The translations under genes and the position numbers were made by a program. A stretch of 64,000 nucleotides of DNA from assembly GCA_016124415.1 (NCBI GenBank), contig WGNS01000045.1:2013-66012 (forward strand). The letters run 5' to 3'. Shown in pieces: positions 1-10,976 of this stretch; position 1 is the first letter of the stretch, and each line of letters starts with the position of its first letter. The DNA comes from Gammaproteobacteria bacterium (GTDB lineage Bacteria; Pseudomonadota; Gammaproteobacteria; SZUA-140). A model generated the notes under the pieces. That model saw nothing but the letters and a program-made list of their open reading frames with translations, did no database searches and was not told the DNA's origin.

Positions 1-1119
1 GATACCCACGACGATGCCGCTATTGGCATTGCGCTCGTTGCGCGAATACTGGCTCATACCGTTGGTGACCACTCGCCCCGGTTCGGAAGTCGCGGCGACC
101 ACAGTGCCGCCTGGGCACATGCAGAAGCTGTACACCGAGCGCCCGTTGCTGGCGTGATGCACCAGCTTGTAATCCGCCGCGCCAAGAAGAGGGTTGCCCG
201 CGTTCCTGCCGTAACGCGCGCGGTTAATCAGCGACTGCGGGTGCTCGATGCGGAAGCCGATCGAAAACGGTTTCGCTTCCATGAAAATGCCGCGTTTCTT
301 GATCATCTCGAATGTGTCGCGTGCGCTGTGGCCGACCGCCAGCACCAGATGATTCGTGGCGATGCGCTCGCCGTTTGCGAGCGTTACCCCGCTAACTTGC
401 CCGTCGGTAATTTCGATGTCATCCACGCGACTCTCGAAACGTATCTCGCCGCCTAGCGATTGGATCGTTGCGCGCATCTTCTCCACCATGCCCACCAGCT
501 TGAACGTACCGATGTGCGGGTGGCTTTCGTATAAAATCTCTTCCGGCGCACCAGCCGTGACGAATTCCTCCAGCACCTTTCGGCTCAGGTAGCGCGGGTC
601 CTTGATTTGGCTGTACAGCTTGCCGTCCGAAAAAGTGCCCGCTCCCCCTTCGCCGAACTGCACGTTGGATTCCGGGTTCAATATTCCCTTGCGCCACAGC
701 CCCCAGGTATCTTGGGTACGTTCCCGGACTTCCTTGCCGCGTTCCAGTATCAGTGGTCGAAAACCCATCTGTGCAAGCAACAGCCCGGCAAAGATACCGG
801 CGGGACCCATGCCGACCACGATAGGTCGTGATGTAAGCATCTTGGGCGCTTGGGTGACGAAGTGGTAGCTGATGTCCGGAGAAGCTTTTACATGAACATC
901 ATTCTTTAAACGATCCAATGCTGCGGCTTCGTCGCGAAGCGTGATATCCAGCGTATAGGTGTACGTGATCGCATTGGGATTGCGGGCATCCACGCCGCGC
1001 TTGAATACGATGTGGCTGACCAGCTCGTCAGCGGCAATGCCCAGCCGCTTGAGGATGGCAGCTTCTATATCGTCTTTATGATGGCCGAGCGGCAGCTTGA
1101 TTTCAGTCAGGCGCAACAT
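1..1119 (-). CDS. FAD-dependent oxidoreductase, COG2509-like (N-terminal 373 codons; continues past window start)
   Basis: Hand translation of the minus strand from ATG (cat 1117-1119) gives MLRLTEIKLPLGHH...SRPIVVGMGPAGIFAGLLLAQMGFRPLILERGK (GxGxxG dinucleotide fold)...FCMCPGGTVV. It is absent from the ORF track because there is no in-window stop. The + strand ORFs at 154-868 are antisense artefacts. Confidence 0.75.
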   Translation of the reverse strand, partial: MLRLTEIKLPLGHHKDDIEAAILKRLGIAADELVSHIVFKRGVDARNPNAITYTYTLDITLRDEAAALDRLKNDVHVKASPDISYHFVTQAPKMLTSRPIVVGMGPAGIFAGLLLAQMGFRPLILERGKEVRERTQDTWGLWRKGILNPESNVQFGEGGAGTFSDGKLYSQIKDPRYLSRKVLEEFVTAGAPEEILYESHPHIGTFKLVGMVEKMRATIQSLGGEIRFESRVDDIEITDGQVSGVTLANGERIATNHLVLAVGHSARDTFEMIKKRGIFMEAKPFSIGFRIEHPQSLINRARYGRNAGNPLLGAADYKLVHHASNGRSVYSFCMCPGGTVVAATSEPGRVVTNGMSQYSRNERNANSGIVVGI

Positions 1120-1321
1120 GTAATGAGGAGACCTCTAAAAACCCCGCTGATCTGCGGTAGTATCGCATTGATAAATGGACAAGTAGAAGGCAGGCAACCG
1201 GGATCTTTTGACCATGCTGAGCGTCTTGATCTATTGGAAAGGCTGAGAGATCCGTTGCCTAAGCCGGACGCACGGTTGATTGGGTGCCATTTCTATCTCA
1301 GGCACGATATGGGCACAGACA

Positions 1322-1346
1322 CAAAAAAGCCGCCTCTGGAGGCGGC
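1322..1346 (-). terminator. Rho-independent terminator downstream of tRNA-Val
   Basis: 7-bp GC stem gccgcct/aggcggc with a 4-nt loop. On the minus strand it is followed by TTTTTT (plus-strand A-run 1323-1328). Confidence 0.7.
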
Positions 1347-1385
1347 GGTATTTGGCGCATTTATTATTAATCAGTGCGTTATATG

Positions 1386-1460
1386 TGGTGGGCGATACTG
1401 GGATTGAACCAGTGACCCCTGCCGTGTGAAGGCAGTGCTCTCCCGCTGAGCTAATCGCCC
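1386..1460 (-). tRNA. tRNA-Val (anticodon CAC)
   Basis: The reverse complement folds as a 75-nt cloverleaf: GGGCGAT-TA-GCTC-AGCGGGA-GAGC-A-CTGCC-TTCACAC-GGCAG-GGGTC-ACTGG-TTCAATC-CCAGT-ATCGCCC-ACCA. The anticodon loop TT-CAC-AC gives CAC, and CCA is encoded. Confidence 0.9.
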
Positions 1461-1472
1461 GTGACCGTCGGC

Positions 1473-1502
1473 ATTCTACGGATTTGCAGGTGCCAGCGTC
1501 AA
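1473..1502 (-). promoter_or_regulatory. sigma70-type promoter for tRNA-Val
   Basis: The minus strand reads TTGACG (1502-1497), an 18-nt spacer, then TAGAAT (1478-1473). This lies 12 nt upstream of the tRNA 5' end. Confidence 0.55.
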
Positions 1503-1594
1503 ATTTGCTTGTCCGTTTGCTCAGGCGGTAACCCTCTAGTAAACCCCGAAAGACCTGCTAGAATCGCCTCATCATTTAGATTAGATGAAGGTAG

Positions 1595-3013
1595 ATGATG
1601 ACGGTTCGAACTCGCTTTGCACCCAGCCCGACGGGCTACCTCCATATCGGGGGCGCCAGGACGGCTTTGTTCTCCTGGCTGCATGCCCGCCGGCATGGCG
1701 GGCGCTTTGTGCTGCGCATCGAGGATACGGATCTCGAACGTTCCAGCGTCGAGTCGGTCAACGCCATTCTCGAAGGCATGACCTGGTTGGGTTTGAGTTA
1801 CGACGAAGGCCCCTTCTCGCAGATGGATCGCATGCATCGTTACGAGGAAGTGATTCAACACCTGATCGACGATGGACATGCCTACCGCTGTTATTGCTCG
1901 AAGGAGCGTCTCGAGGAACTGCGCGAACGCCAGATGGCCAATAAGGAAAAGCCGCGCTACGACGGTCATTGCGAGCACCTGCAGGGGCCGCCGCCCGAGG
2001 GCGTGTCTCCGGTCATTCGATTCCGCAATCCCAAGTCCGGCAAGATTGTCGTCAACGACATGATCCGGGGCAAGGTCGTGTTCGACAACGCCGAGCTCGA
2101 CGACCTGATCATTGCGCGTTCCGACGGCACGCCGACCTACAATCTCTGCGTCGTCGTCGATGACGCAGAGATGGGCATCACGCATGTGATTCGAGGCGAC
2201 GATCACCTCAACAACACGCCCAGGCAGATCAATATCCTGCGCGCCCTGGGTTATGAGCCCCCGATCTACGCCCATGTTCCCATGATCCTCGGCGAGGACG
2301 GCAAGCGACTCTCCAAGCGCCACGGCGCGGTCAGCGTCATGCAGTACCAGGAAGACGGCTACCTGCCCGAGGCGCTGTTGAACTACCTCGTCCGGTTGGG
2401 CTGGTCGCACGGCGATCAGGAGATCTTCAGTCTCGACGAAATGGCCGAGCTGTTCGATGTCCACGAGGTCAATCACGCCGCCTCGGCCTTCAATCCCGAA
2501 AAGTTGTTGTGGCTGAACCACCACTACATCAAGACCTCGCCGGTCGATTACGTCGCCCGGCAGTTGATGCCTCACCTCGGACGGCTGGGGATCGACCCTT
2601 CGACCGGCGGACCCGATATCCTCGAGGTCGTCGATGCGCTTCGCGAACGGGCGCGCACGCTAGTCGAGATGGCCGAGATGAGCCAGTATTTCTATCAGGA
2701 CTTCGAGGACTTCGACGAGGCCGCCGCCAAGAAGCATCTGCGCCCGGTTTGCGAAGACGCCTTGTTGCTGTCGCGTGAACATCTGGCCGCGCTCGACGAG
2801 TGGACCGCCGAGGCCCTGCATGCCGTCGTGACGGTTGTCAGCGAGGAGCTCGACGTCAACATGGGCAAGGTGGCTCAGCCCCTCCGCGTCGCGGTCAGCG
2901 GCCGTTCGGCGACGCCCGGCATCGACGTGACCCTCTATCTGGTCGGCCGCGAGAACACGCTGGCCCGTATCGACCGGGCGCTGGACTATATTTCGGAACG
3001 CAAGGCGCCGTAA
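1595..3013 (+). CDS. gltX: Glutamyl-tRNA synthetase
   Basis: [20 protein letters not shown] (HIGH motif) and LSKRHG (KMSKS-like), 472 aa. The start may be the second ATG at 1598. Confidence 0.95.
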   Translation: MMTVRTRFAPSPTGYLHIGGARTALFSWLHARRHGGRFVLRIEDTDLERSSVESVNAILEGMTWLGLSYDEGPFSQMDRMHRYEEVIQHLIDDGHAYRCYCSKERLEELRERQMANKEKPRYDGHCEHLQGPPPEGVSPVIRFRNPKSGKIVVNDMIRGKVVFDNAELDDLIIARSDGTPTYNLCVVVDDAEMGITHVIRGDDHLNNTPRQINILRALGYEPPIYAHVPMILGEDGKRLSKRHGAVSVMQYQEDGYLPEALLNYLVRLGWSHGDQEIFSLDEMAELFDVHEVNHAASAFNPEKLLWLNHHYIKTSPVDYVARQLMPHLGRLGIDPSTGGPDILEVVDALRERARTLVEMAEMSQYFYQDFEDFDEAAAKKHLRPVCEDALLLSREHLAALDEWTAEALHAVVTVVSEELDVNMGKVAQPLRVAVSGRSATPGIDVTLYLVGRENTLARIDRALDYISERKAP

Positions 3014-3033
3014 GCGGCAACAGGTAGGTATCT

Positions 3034-4716
3034 GTGACTATAGAGACGACATCCCGTCCCGAACACTTTTTGCATCGCATCATCCGGGAGGACCTCGAAA
3101 GCGGTCGCGTACCGGGGCCCATCGTGACCCGTTTTCCGCCGGAGCCCAACGGTTTCCTGCATATCGGTCACGCCAAGTCGATCTGCCTGAATTTCGGTCT
3201 TGCCGAAGATTTCAGCGGGCGCTGCAATCTGCGTTTCGACGACACCAACCCCCATAAGGAAAACCTGGAGTTCGTCGAGTCCATCCAGGCCGATGTCCGC
3301 TGGCTCGGTTACGACTGGGAAGACAGGCTTTATTTCGCCTCGGACTATTTCGAGCAGCTCTACGTTTTCGCCCAGGAGTTGATTCGGAACGGCGACGCCT
3401 ATATCTGCGACCTTACGGCCGAGGAAATCCGCGAACACCGCGGCACGCTGACCGAGCCGGGTCGCAACAGCCCGTATCGGGAGCGTAGCGTCGACGAGAA
3501 CATGGATCTGTTCGCGCGGATGCGCGCCGGCGAGTTCCCGGACGGCAGCAAGGTCCTGCGCGCCAAGATCGACATGGCCTCGCCGAACATGAACATGCGC
3601 GACCCGGCCCTGTACCGGATCCGCCACGGCGTCATCCATCATCAGACCGGAGAGGCCTGGTGCATCTATCCGATGTACGACTACACCCATCCGATCTCCG
3701 ACGCGCTCGAAGGCATTACGCACTCGATCTGCACGCTCGAGTTCGAGGATCATCGTCCGCTCTACGACTGGGTGATCCAGCACGTCAGCGTGCCCTGCCG
3801 GCCGCATCAGTACGAATTCTCGCGCCTGAATCTCGCCTATACGGTCATGAGCAAGCGCAAACTGACGACGCTCGTCGGCGAGAATCTGGTCGCGGGCTGG
3901 GATGATCCCCGCATGCCGACCATCGCCGGTTTGCGCCGCCGCGGCTATACGCCGGAATCCATTCGCGAGTTCTGCAGCCGGATCGGTGTGACCCGCTCGG
4001 ACAATCTCGTTGAGATGGGTATGCTCGAGGACTGCATCCGTGGCGATCTCAACGAGCGCGCGCATCGCCGCATGGGCGTGCTGCGCCCGCTCAGGATCGT
4101 ACTGACGAACTACCCGGAAGACGGCGAGGAGTGGCTCTCGGCCGCCAATCATCCCCAAAAACCGGAGCTCGGCGAGCGCAAGATCCCGTTCTGCCGCGAG
4201 GTCTACATCGAACACGAAGACTTCATGGAAACGGCCTCAAAGAAGTTCAAGCGCCTCGTGCTGGGCGGCGAGGTGCGCCTGCGCTACGGCTACGTGATCC
4301 GTTGCGACGAGATCGTCCGCGACGCTGCGGGCGAGATCAGCGAGCTGCGTTGCACCTATGACCCCGACACGTTGGGCGCCGATCCCGAGGGACGCAAGGT
4401 GCGCGGCGTGATCCACTGGGTCTCGGCCCGCCACGGCGTCGAGACCGAGGTGAATCTCTATGATCGTCTGTTCGTCGAGGAATCTCCGGACGCCCTGGAG
4501 GATTTTCGCCAGGGGTTGAACCCTGACTCCCTTCAGGTCCTCGAGGGTTGCCGCCTGGAGCCGGCCTTGGCCGACGTCCCCGCGGGCGAGGCCTTCCAGT
4601 TCGAGCGTGTCGGCTATTTCTGTCGGGACAGCGGTTCGGCCGATGCGAAGCGTCCGGCCTTCAATCGCATCGTGACGCTGCGCGACAGCTGGGCCAAGAT
4701 CAGCGCTCAGGAGTAA
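3034..4716 (+). CDS. glnS: Glutaminyl-tRNA synthetase
   Basis: [10 protein letters not shown]...[19 protein letters not shown] (HIGH motif) and VMSKRKL (KMSKS motif), 560 aa, GTG start. Confidence 0.95.
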   Translation: MTIETTSRPEHFLHRIIREDLESGRVPGPIVTRFPPEPNGFLHIGHAKSICLNFGLAEDFSGRCNLRFDDTNPHKENLEFVESIQADVRWLGYDWEDRLYFASDYFEQLYVFAQELIRNGDAYICDLTAEEIREHRGTLTEPGRNSPYRERSVDENMDLFARMRAGEFPDGSKVLRAKIDMASPNMNMRDPALYRIRHGVIHHQTGEAWCIYPMYDYTHPISDALEGITHSICTLEFEDHRPLYDWVIQHVSVPCRPHQYEFSRLNLAYTVMSKRKLTTLVGENLVAGWDDPRMPTIAGLRRRGYTPESIREFCSRIGVTRSDNLVEMGMLEDCIRGDLNERAHRRMGVLRPLRIVLTNYPEDGEEWLSAANHPQKPELGERKIPFCREVYIEHEDFMETASKKFKRLVLGGEVRLRYGYVIRCDEIVRDAAGEISELRCTYDPDTLGADPEGRKVRGVIHWVSARHGVETEVNLYDRLFVEESPDALEDFRQGLNPDSLQVLEGCRLEPALADVPAGEAFQFERVGYFCRDSGSADAKRPAFNRIVTLRDSWAKISAQE

Positions 4717-4791
4717 GCGGCATTTCCTCGGGGGGTGACGGTTGCTCCCGCGCAATGTGACCAATGTGGCTCGTTCCTCCCTCGCTCCGTA

Positions 4792-4813
4792 CGGGCACGG
4801 CGAGCCGTGCCCG
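4792..4813. repeat. REP-like palindrome copy 1 (GGGCACGGC-GA-GCCGTGCCC)
   Basis: Perfect 9-10 bp inverted repeat in the convergent glnS/kinase intergenic region. A near-identical copy lies 54 bp downstream. Confidence 0.7.
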
Positions 4814-4846
4814 TGGGGCATTCCTTAGGTGGTGCCAATAGAGCAA

Positions 4847-4866
4847 GGGCACGGCACGCCGTGCCC
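4847..4866. repeat. REP-like palindrome copy 2 (GGGCACGGC-AC-GCCGTGCCC)
   Basis: Same arms as copy 1 and only the 2-nt loop differs. The pair could act as a bidirectional terminator. Confidence 0.7.
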
Positions 4867-4876
4867 CTACACGAAT

Positions 4877-5893
4877 CTAATGGGTGGAGATGGACTGCTG
4901 AGAAAACGCCCGTTCGACCCGAACCACGAGTTCATGGAAATCCGCCAGCTCCGGGTAGCGGGCGCTGACGCGGGAAAGATAGCCCAGCGTGCGCGGGATG
5001 TCGCCGAGATAACCTGGCTTGCCGTCGCGCAGGTTGAGGCGGGCAAAGATCCCGGACGCTTTCAAGTGACGTTGCATGCCCATCCAGTCGAACCAGCGCC
5101 TGAACGTGGCGAGGCCCGTTCCAGCTAGCAGTCCCGCCCGATTCGCGCGCGAGAAATAGGCGCCCACCCATCCGTCGATCCGATCGTCCGGCCATGTGAT
5201 GTAGCAGTCCCTGAGCAGTGAAACGAGGTCGTAGGTCACGGGGCCGGTCACCGCATCCTGAAAGTCGATGATGCCGGGCCCGTTTTGCTCGACCACCATG
5301 AGGTTTCGCGAGTGGTAGTCCCTATGCACGGCGACCTTGGGTTGTTCCAGTGCGGAGGCGGCGAGGCGCCGACGGGCGTCGTCCAGGGCGGCGCGATCGG
5401 CGTCGTCGAGTGTGAATCCCATCTGGCGTTCGAGTAGCCAGTCCGGGAATAATGCCATCTCCCGTTGCAGCAATGCCTCGTCATAGTCGGGCAGCTCGAT
5501 GCCCAAAGTTCCCGTTTGCAACGTCAGAAGCGCCGTCATGGCGTCTTCATAGAGCCGTTCAGCCGTCTCGTCGTTCAGCGCCTGCAAATAGTGCAGCGAG
5601 CCGAAGTCGCTGAGCAGGGCCAGCCCCCGGTCAAGGTCGCCGGCCAGGATTTCGGGCACGTTCAGACCGGCGGCCCGCATGGCCCTCGCAATCGTGAAGA
5701 ACGGACGGCTGTCCTCCCGGTCCGGCGGGGCGTCCATGACGATGGCGTGCCCATCGGCCCATGTGGCCCGGAAGTAACGGCGAAAGCTCGCGTCGGCGGA
5801 TGCCGGCGTGAGCGTGTAGGGACGGCCCTCGAGCTGTTCGTCGAGCCAGGTCCGGATCAGGCGGATACGATCGTCCGTCAGGTGTTCTGTCAT
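4877..5893 (-). CDS. Aminoglycoside-phosphotransferase-fold kinase, AmgK (MurNAc/GlcNAc anomeric kinase)-like
   Basis: LTPASADASFRRYFRA...IVMDAPPDREDSRPF...LLSDFGS and HRDYHSRNLMV (Brenner/APH catalytic motif). I chose the start at the internal ATG (cat 5891-5893), which is preceded by GAGGA. The track ORF extends to 5926. Confidence 0.6.
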   Translation of the reverse strand: MTEHLTDDRIRLIRTWLDEQLEGRPYTLTPASADASFRRYFRATWADGHAIVMDAPPDREDSRPFFTIARAMRAAGLNVPEILAGDLDRGLALLSDFGSLHYLQALNDETAERLYEDAMTALLTLQTGTLGIELPDYDEALLQREMALFPDWLLERQMGFTLDDADRAALDDARRRLAASALEQPKVAVHRDYHSRNLMVVEQNGPGIIDFQDAVTGPVTYDLVSLLRDCYITWPDDRIDGWVGAYFSRANRAGLLAGTGLATFRRWFDWMGMQRHLKASGIFARLNLRDGKPGYLGDIPRTLGYLSRVSARYPELADFHELVVRVERAFSQQSISTH

Positions 5894-6054
5894 GTATTCC
5901 TCTAAGGCGCGGGGAAAGGCGCGCAAGACGTCATCGGCATGCGGTTTGCTGGACTATACACGCGGGGACTCGGCCGGGGCCAGACGGCGGAGATTCCCGG
6001 GAAGCCGCGCGAGCCCTTGTGTATAAATGAAACAAGTGCTTGATTCATCATTAC

Positions 6055-6083
6055 TTGAAAACTGCGGATGGCAGACATATAAT
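6055..6083 (+). promoter_or_regulatory. Strong sigma70-type promoter of the rimP-nusA-infB operon
   Basis: TTGAAA (6055-6060), 17-nt spacer, TATAAT (6078-6083), with an AT-rich upstream region. Confidence 0.65.
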
Positions 6084-6177
6084 GCCGCATCTCCGTCCCC
6101 TGATATAGAGTATGGGTAGACTTGGGGTGATGAGGTTTAGGTCCTCATGACGCAGAGTTTTGTTTAAAGTTGGAAGG

Positions 6178-6203
6178 TGGGCCTAGTGCCCACTTTTTGT
6201 TTT
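6178..6203 (+). terminator. Leader hairpin plus U-tract (putative attenuator) immediately upstream of rimP
   Basis: gtgggc-ctagt-gcccac is followed by tttttgtttt. It sits inside the 5' leader about 95 nt after the promoter and 11 nt before the AGGAG/ATG of rimP. Confidence 0.5.
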
Positions 6204-6214
6204 AGGAGCCGAAG

Positions 6215-6679
6215 ATGGCGCGCGGTGGTGATGCAGGTTTGATCGGGCTCATTGAGCCGGTCATAGAGCACTTGGGGTTCGAGTTGATCGGCATTGAGCA
6301 TGTCTCTGCCGGGCGCGCCCAGACTTTGCGCGTCTATATCGACTCGCCGGCCGGCATCACGATCGACGATTGTGAGCGCGTCAGCCGGCAATTGAGTGCC
6401 TTGTTAGACGTCGAGGACCCGATGCGCGGCCAGTATTTGCTGGAGATCTCGTCGCCGGGTATGGATCGTCTACTGACGAAGCCGGAGCATTTTGTCCGCT
6501 TCGTGGGCGAGAAGGCGAAGTTGAAGCTGCGCATGCCGCTTGCCGGGCAGCGCAATGTCAGCGGTTATATCCGCGGTTTCGAGGATGGCGAGCTGTCGCT
6601 CGAGACGACGGAAGGGGCTTCCGTCAAGGTTCCCCTGGACGGGATTGAAAAGGCGCGTTTAGTGCCCCAATACGATTAG
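6215..6679 (+). CDS. rimP: Ribosome maturation factor RimP
   Basis: LEISSPGMDRLL motif and a conserved position 5' of nusA, 154 aa. Confidence 0.9.
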   Translation: MARGGDAGLIGLIEPVIEHLGFELIGIEHVSAGRAQTLRVYIDSPAGITIDDCERVSRQLSALLDVEDPMRGQYLLEISSPGMDRLLTKPEHFVRFVGEKAKLKLRMPLAGQRNVSGYIRGFEDGELSLETTEGASVKVPLDGIEKARLVPQYD

Positions 6680-6738
6680 TAGCGTTTATACATAAGGTCT
6701 TTTGTTGAGTTGTTATTCGGTGTTCAGAGGCGAGAGCG

Positions 6739-8235
6739 ATGAGTAAGGAAATCCTGATGGTGGTCGATGCGGTCGCCAACGAGCGTGGCATTGATGAGAG
6801 TATCATCATGAGTGCGATGGAGTACGCGCTTGCCGCCGCGACGAAAAAACGCCATGGCGGAGATATCGAGGTGCGGGTGTCCATCGATCGCAAGACCGGT
6901 GATCACAAGACCTATCGCCGCTGGATCGTGATCGACGATAACGCCGAGATGGATCAGCCGCGCTGCCAGATCACGCTGTCCGCCGCACGCGACCAGGAGC
7001 CGGACCTGCAGGTCGGCGACTATGTCGAGGAAGAGATCGAGTCGATGGCCTTCGGGCGCATCGCCGCCCAGACGGCGAAACAGGTCATTATTCAGAAGGT
7101 TCGCGAGGCGGAGCGCGCTCAGATCGTCGATCAATACAAGGGCCGCCAGGGTGAACTCGTAACCGGTATCGTGCGTCGTCTCGATCGCGGTAACGTCATC
7201 CTCGACCTGGGCGCGAACGCCGACGCCATCGTAGCCCGGGAAGATCTGATCCCCCGTGAGCCGGTTCGGCCGGGCGATCGCCTGCGCGGTCATCTCAAGC
7301 TGGTCCGCTCCGAGGTCCGGGGTCCGCAGCTGCATGTCAGCCGGACGTCGCCGGAACTGCTGATCGAGCTTTTCAAGCTCGAGGTGCCCGAAGTCGGCGA
7401 AGGGTTGATCGATATCATGGGCGCTGCCCGCGATCCCGGGCTTCGCGCCAAGATCGCCGTGCGGACCAACGATCCCCGCATTGACCCCGTCGGCGCCTGC
7501 GTCGGTATGCGCGGTTCACGCGTGCAAAGCGTTTCCAACGAGCTCGCCGGCGAGCGCATCGACATCGTCCTTTGGGATGACAACCCGGCCCAGTTCGTGG
7601 TCAATGCGATGTCGCCCGCCGAGGTGCTTTCCATCGTCGTGGACGAGGACACCAAGAGCATGGACGTTGCCGTGGCCGACGACCAGCTTTCGCTCGCGAT
7701 CGGCCGTGGCGGCCAGAACGTTCGCCTGGCCAGTCAGTTGACCGGATGGCATATCAACGTCATGACCGAGGCCCAGGCCGAAGAGAAGGGCGAAGAGGAA
7801 ATGAACCGCCTGAAGACGCTGTTCATGGAGCAGCTCGACGTCGATGAGGAGATCGCCATGATCTTCGTGCAGGAAGGTTTCACGAGCATCGAAGAGATCG
7901 CCTACGTACCGGCCAAGGAGCTGTTGGATATTGAGGAGTTCGATGAAGATATCGTCAAGGAGTTGCGCGACCGCGCGCGCGACGTCCTGTTGACCCGGGA
8001 GATCGCGTCCGAGGAGAATCTCGGATCGTCCGAACCCGCGGAGGATCTGTTGGCCCTCGAGGGGATGGATAACGAGCTGGCGGTGGCGCTGGCGGCGGAG
8101 GGTATCGTTACCCAGGAAGACTTGGCCGAGCAGGCCGCCGACGATCTCGTCGGCATCGGCGGACTGGATAAGGTGCGCGCAAGCGCCTTGATCATGACCG
8201 CGCGCGCGCCCTGGTTTGCGGACAACGAGGCATAG
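6739..8235 (+). CDS. nusA: Transcription termination/antitermination factor NusA
   Basis: [18 protein letters not shown]... with S1 and KH regions ([22 protein letters not shown]), 498 aa. Confidence 0.95.
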   Translation: MSKEILMVVDAVANERGIDESIIMSAMEYALAAATKKRHGGDIEVRVSIDRKTGDHKTYRRWIVIDDNAEMDQPRCQITLSAARDQEPDLQVGDYVEEEIESMAFGRIAAQTAKQVIIQKVREAERAQIVDQYKGRQGELVTGIVRRLDRGNVILDLGANADAIVAREDLIPREPVRPGDRLRGHLKLVRSEVRGPQLHVSRTSPELLIELFKLEVPEVGEGLIDIMGAARDPGLRAKIAVRTNDPRIDPVGACVGMRGSRVQSVSNELAGERIDIVLWDDNPAQFVVNAMSPAEVLSIVVDEDTKSMDVAVADDQLSLAIGRGGQNVRLASQLTGWHINVMTEAQAEEKGEEEMNRLKTLFMEQLDVDEEIAMIFVQEGFTSIEEIAYVPAKELLDIEEFDEDIVKELRDRARDVLLTREIASEENLGSSEPAEDLLALEGMDNELAVALAAEGIVTQEDLAEQAADDLVGIGGLDKVRASALIMTARAPWFADNEA

Positions 8236-8303
8236 GAGTTCCGGATCGCGACAATTTGATCCGATGCTCCCCTACCCTATACACGAATGGAAGTTGAGAT
8301 TGC

Positions 8304-10910
8304 ATGGCGGAAGTTACAGTAAAACAGCTCGCTGAGGTCGTAAAAATCCCTGTCGATCGCCTCATGGCTCAATTGAGCGAGGCCGGCATGGAGGTCAAAG
8401 ACGAGAATCAGCTCCTGAGCGATCAGGACAAGATGAGTCTTTTGGCCCACCTGCGCGGAAGTCACGGCGACACTCAGCCTTCGAACGAGGGTGCCGCCGG
8501 TCCCCGTAAGATCACGCTGAAGCGCAAGACCGTCGGCGAATTGAGTCAGACGATTTCCCGCAGCGGAACCGGCCCCAAGTCGCGCAACACGCGTACGGTG
8601 AACGTGACCGTGCGCGGACGGCATACCTATGCCATGCGCGGCGAACTCCAGGCCGAGGAGCAGGCCCGTCAGCAGGCCATCGAAGACAAGGTCCGCGCCG
8701 AGCGTGACGCCGCCGAGGCCAAGGCGCGTGAGGAAGAAGCCCGTCTTCAGGCCGTGGAGGAAAAGGCGCGCGCCGAACGCGAAGCCGCCGAGGCCAAGGT
8801 GCGCGAGGAAGAAGAGCGTCGCAAGGCAGAGGAAGAGGCCGCAGCTGCAGCCGAGGCCAAGGTGCGTGAGGAAGAAGATCGTCGCAAGGCTGAGGAAACG
8901 GTCGCTGAAAAGCAGCAAAAGGAGGTTGCCCCCGTTAAGGAGAAGGATCGTCCGGGCAAGAAACGCGGTAAGGAGCGCGCGGCCGACGAACATGAGACCC
9001 GATACGGCCGTAAGGAGCTGCACGTCGATTCCGATCGCTCAGGTGCCGCTTCCCGGCGCAAGGGCGGCAAGAAGGTTCAGCGGGCCCGCGTATCCGCCAA
9101 GTCCGGCGGCGATCGGCCCAGGCATGGTTTCGAGAGGCCCACCGAGCCGATCGTTCGCGAGGTCAGCGTTCCCGAGACCATTACGGTCGGAGAGCTGGCT
9201 CAGAAGATGAGCGTCAAGGCAGCCGAGGTCATCAAGACCATGATGACCATGGGCACCATGGTCACGATCAATCAGGTCATCGACCAGGAGACTGCGCTGA
9301 TCGTGGTCGAGGAGATGGGCCACAAGGGCAAGGCGATGCAGGAGGGCGATATCGAGGTCGCGATGCTCGACGAGCTCGGCGCAGCCGGCGGCGAGGAGAA
9401 GTCGCGCGCGCCCGTGGTCACGATCATGGGTCATGTCGACCATGGTAAGACCTCGTTGCTGGATTACATCCGCCGTACCAAGGTTGCCTCCGGCGAGGCC
9501 GGCGGCATCACGCAGCATATCGGCGCCTACAGCGTCGAAACGGACAGAGGCATGATCACTTTCCTGGATACCCCGGGCCACGCGGCGTTTACGGCAATGC
9601 GTGCCCGCGGCGCCAGCGTCACGGATATCGTGGTCCTGATCGTTGCGGCCGACGACGGTGTCAAGCCGCAGACGATAGAGGCCATCCAGCACGCCCGTGC
9701 GGCCGGAGTGCCGATGATCGTAGCCGTCAATAAGATCGATAAGGAAGGCGCCGACCCGGACCGTGTCCGCCATGAACTGTCCGTCCAGGAGGTTCTGCCC
9801 GAGGAATGGGGCGGCGACACGATGTTCGTCAATATCTCCGCCAAGACCGGTGTGGGCGTCGACGACATCCTGGATGCGATCCTGCTCCAGGCCGAGGTCA
9901 TGGAGCTCAAGGCCGTTGCCGATTGTCCGGCCATGGGTACGGTCATCGAATCCACGCTCGATCGCGGCCGCGGCCCGGTCGCCACCATTCTGGTGCAGAA
10001 GGGCACGCTGAGCAAAGGCGACATTATTCTTGCCGGCCGCGAATTCGGTCGCGTCAGGGCGATGTTCGACGCCGCGGAACGGGAAATCAAGAGCGCCGGC
10101 CCTTCGACGCCGGTGGTCGTGCTCGGTCTTTCCGGTACGCCGGATGCCGGTGACGACGTGGTCGTCGTGGCCGATGAGCGTAAGGCCCGCGAGGTCGCGC
10201 TGTATCGCCAGGGCAAGTACCGTGACGTCAAGCTCGCAAGCCAGAAGGCCGCCAAGCTCGAAGACGTCTTTTCGCAGATGGAGAGCAAGGAGCAGGCCGT
10301 ACTGCCGATCCTTATCAAGGCCGACGTACAGGGTTCATCCGAGGCTTTGCGCGACGCCTTCACGAAACTGTCCACCGACGAGGTCCAGGTCAAGGTCATT
10401 TCCAGTGGCGTGGGCGGTATCAATGAATCCGACATCAACCTCGCGCTGGCGTCTTCCGCCGTCGTGATCGGTTTCAACGTCCGCGCCGATGCGGCTGCCC
10501 GACGGCTCGCCGACGATAACCAGGTTCAGCTCAATTACTACAGCGTGATCTACGACGCCATCGATGAGGTCAAACAGGCCCTTTCGGGTCTGTTGAAGCC
10601 CGAGTACCGCGAACAGATCATCGGTCTGGCCGAGGTTCGCGACGTCTTCCGCTCGCCCAAGTTCGGGGCCATTGCCGGCTGTCTGGTGACCGAGGGTGTT
10701 GTCCGCCGGAACAATCCGATCCGCGTCCTCAGGGACAACGTCGTGATTTACCAGGGCGAACTCGAATCCCTGAGACGGTTCCGCGACGACGTCAACGAGG
10801 TCCGTGCGGGCATGGAATGCGGTATCGGCGTCAAGAACTACAACGACGTTCAGGTCGGCGATCAGATCGAGGTCTACGAGACCGTAGAGATCGCGCGCGC
10901 GATCCAATAG
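8304..10910 (+). CDS. infB: Translation initiation factor IF-2
   Basis: GTPase motifs: [25 protein letters not shown] and NKID. The N-terminal region is Glu/Lys/Ala-rich and repetitive. 868 aa. Confidence 0.95.
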   Translation: MAEVTVKQLAEVVKIPVDRLMAQLSEAGMEVKDENQLLSDQDKMSLLAHLRGSHGDTQPSNEGAAGPRKITLKRKTVGELSQTISRSGTGPKSRNTRTVNVTVRGRHTYAMRGELQAEEQARQQAIEDKVRAERDAAEAKAREEEARLQAVEEKARAEREAAEAKVREEEERRKAEEEAAAAAEAKVREEEDRRKAEETVAEKQQKEVAPVKEKDRPGKKRGKERAADEHETRYGRKELHVDSDRSGAASRRKGGKKVQRARVSAKSGGDRPRHGFERPTEPIVREVSVPETITVGELAQKMSVKAAEVIKTMMTMGTMVTINQVIDQETALIVVEEMGHKGKAMQEGDIEVAMLDELGAAGGEEKSRAPVVTIMGHVDHGKTSLLDYIRRTKVASGEAGGITQHIGAYSVETDRGMITFLDTPGHAAFTAMRARGASVTDIVVLIVAADDGVKPQTIEAIQHARAAGVPMIVAVNKIDKEGADPDRVRHELSVQEVLPEEWGGDTMFVNISAKTGVGVDDILDAILLQAEVMELKAVADCPAMGTVIESTLDRGRGPVATILVQKGTLSKGDIILAGREFGRVRAMFDAAEREIKSAGPSTPVVVLGLSGTPDAGDDVVVVADERKAREVALYRQGKYRDVKLASQKAAKLEDVFSQMESKEQAVLPILIKADVQGSSEALRDAFTKLSTDEVQVKVISSGVGGINESDINLALASSAVVIGFNVRADAAARRLADDNQVQLNYYSVIYDAIDEVKQALSGLLKPEYREQIIGLAEVRDVFRSPKFGAIAGCLVTEGVVRRNNPIRVLRDNVVIYQGELESLRRFRDDVNEVRAGMECGIGVKNYNDVQVGDQIEVYETVEIARAIQ

Positions 10911-10976
10911 GGCGCTTCGGCGTCGTTGAGCGAGCGGGCGAGCGCCTGACGGTGGATGATGATATTTTGGTGACCC

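Noticed and set aside
1012-1407. 131-aa + strand ORF spanning the FAD-oxidoreductase 5' end, the intergenic region, the terminator and the tRNA.
   Set aside because: It reads through a terminator hairpin and into tRNA-Val. Its 5' part is antisense to a clear CDS, and it has no SD.
1499-2575. 358-aa ORF antisense to gltX. The same applies to many other long antisense or alternative-frame ORFs: 2986-4215, 16363-17985, 27506-28708, 28587-29939, 30208-31296, 38128-39684, 43215-44768, 59835-61178, 62611-63627.
   Set aside because: Stop-poor alternative frames are typical of high-GC DNA. The products are Arg/Gly/Ala/Pro-rich with no motifs, whereas the opposite or other frame carries unmistakable housekeeping signatures (HIGH/KMSKS, Walker motifs, the RpoN box and so on).
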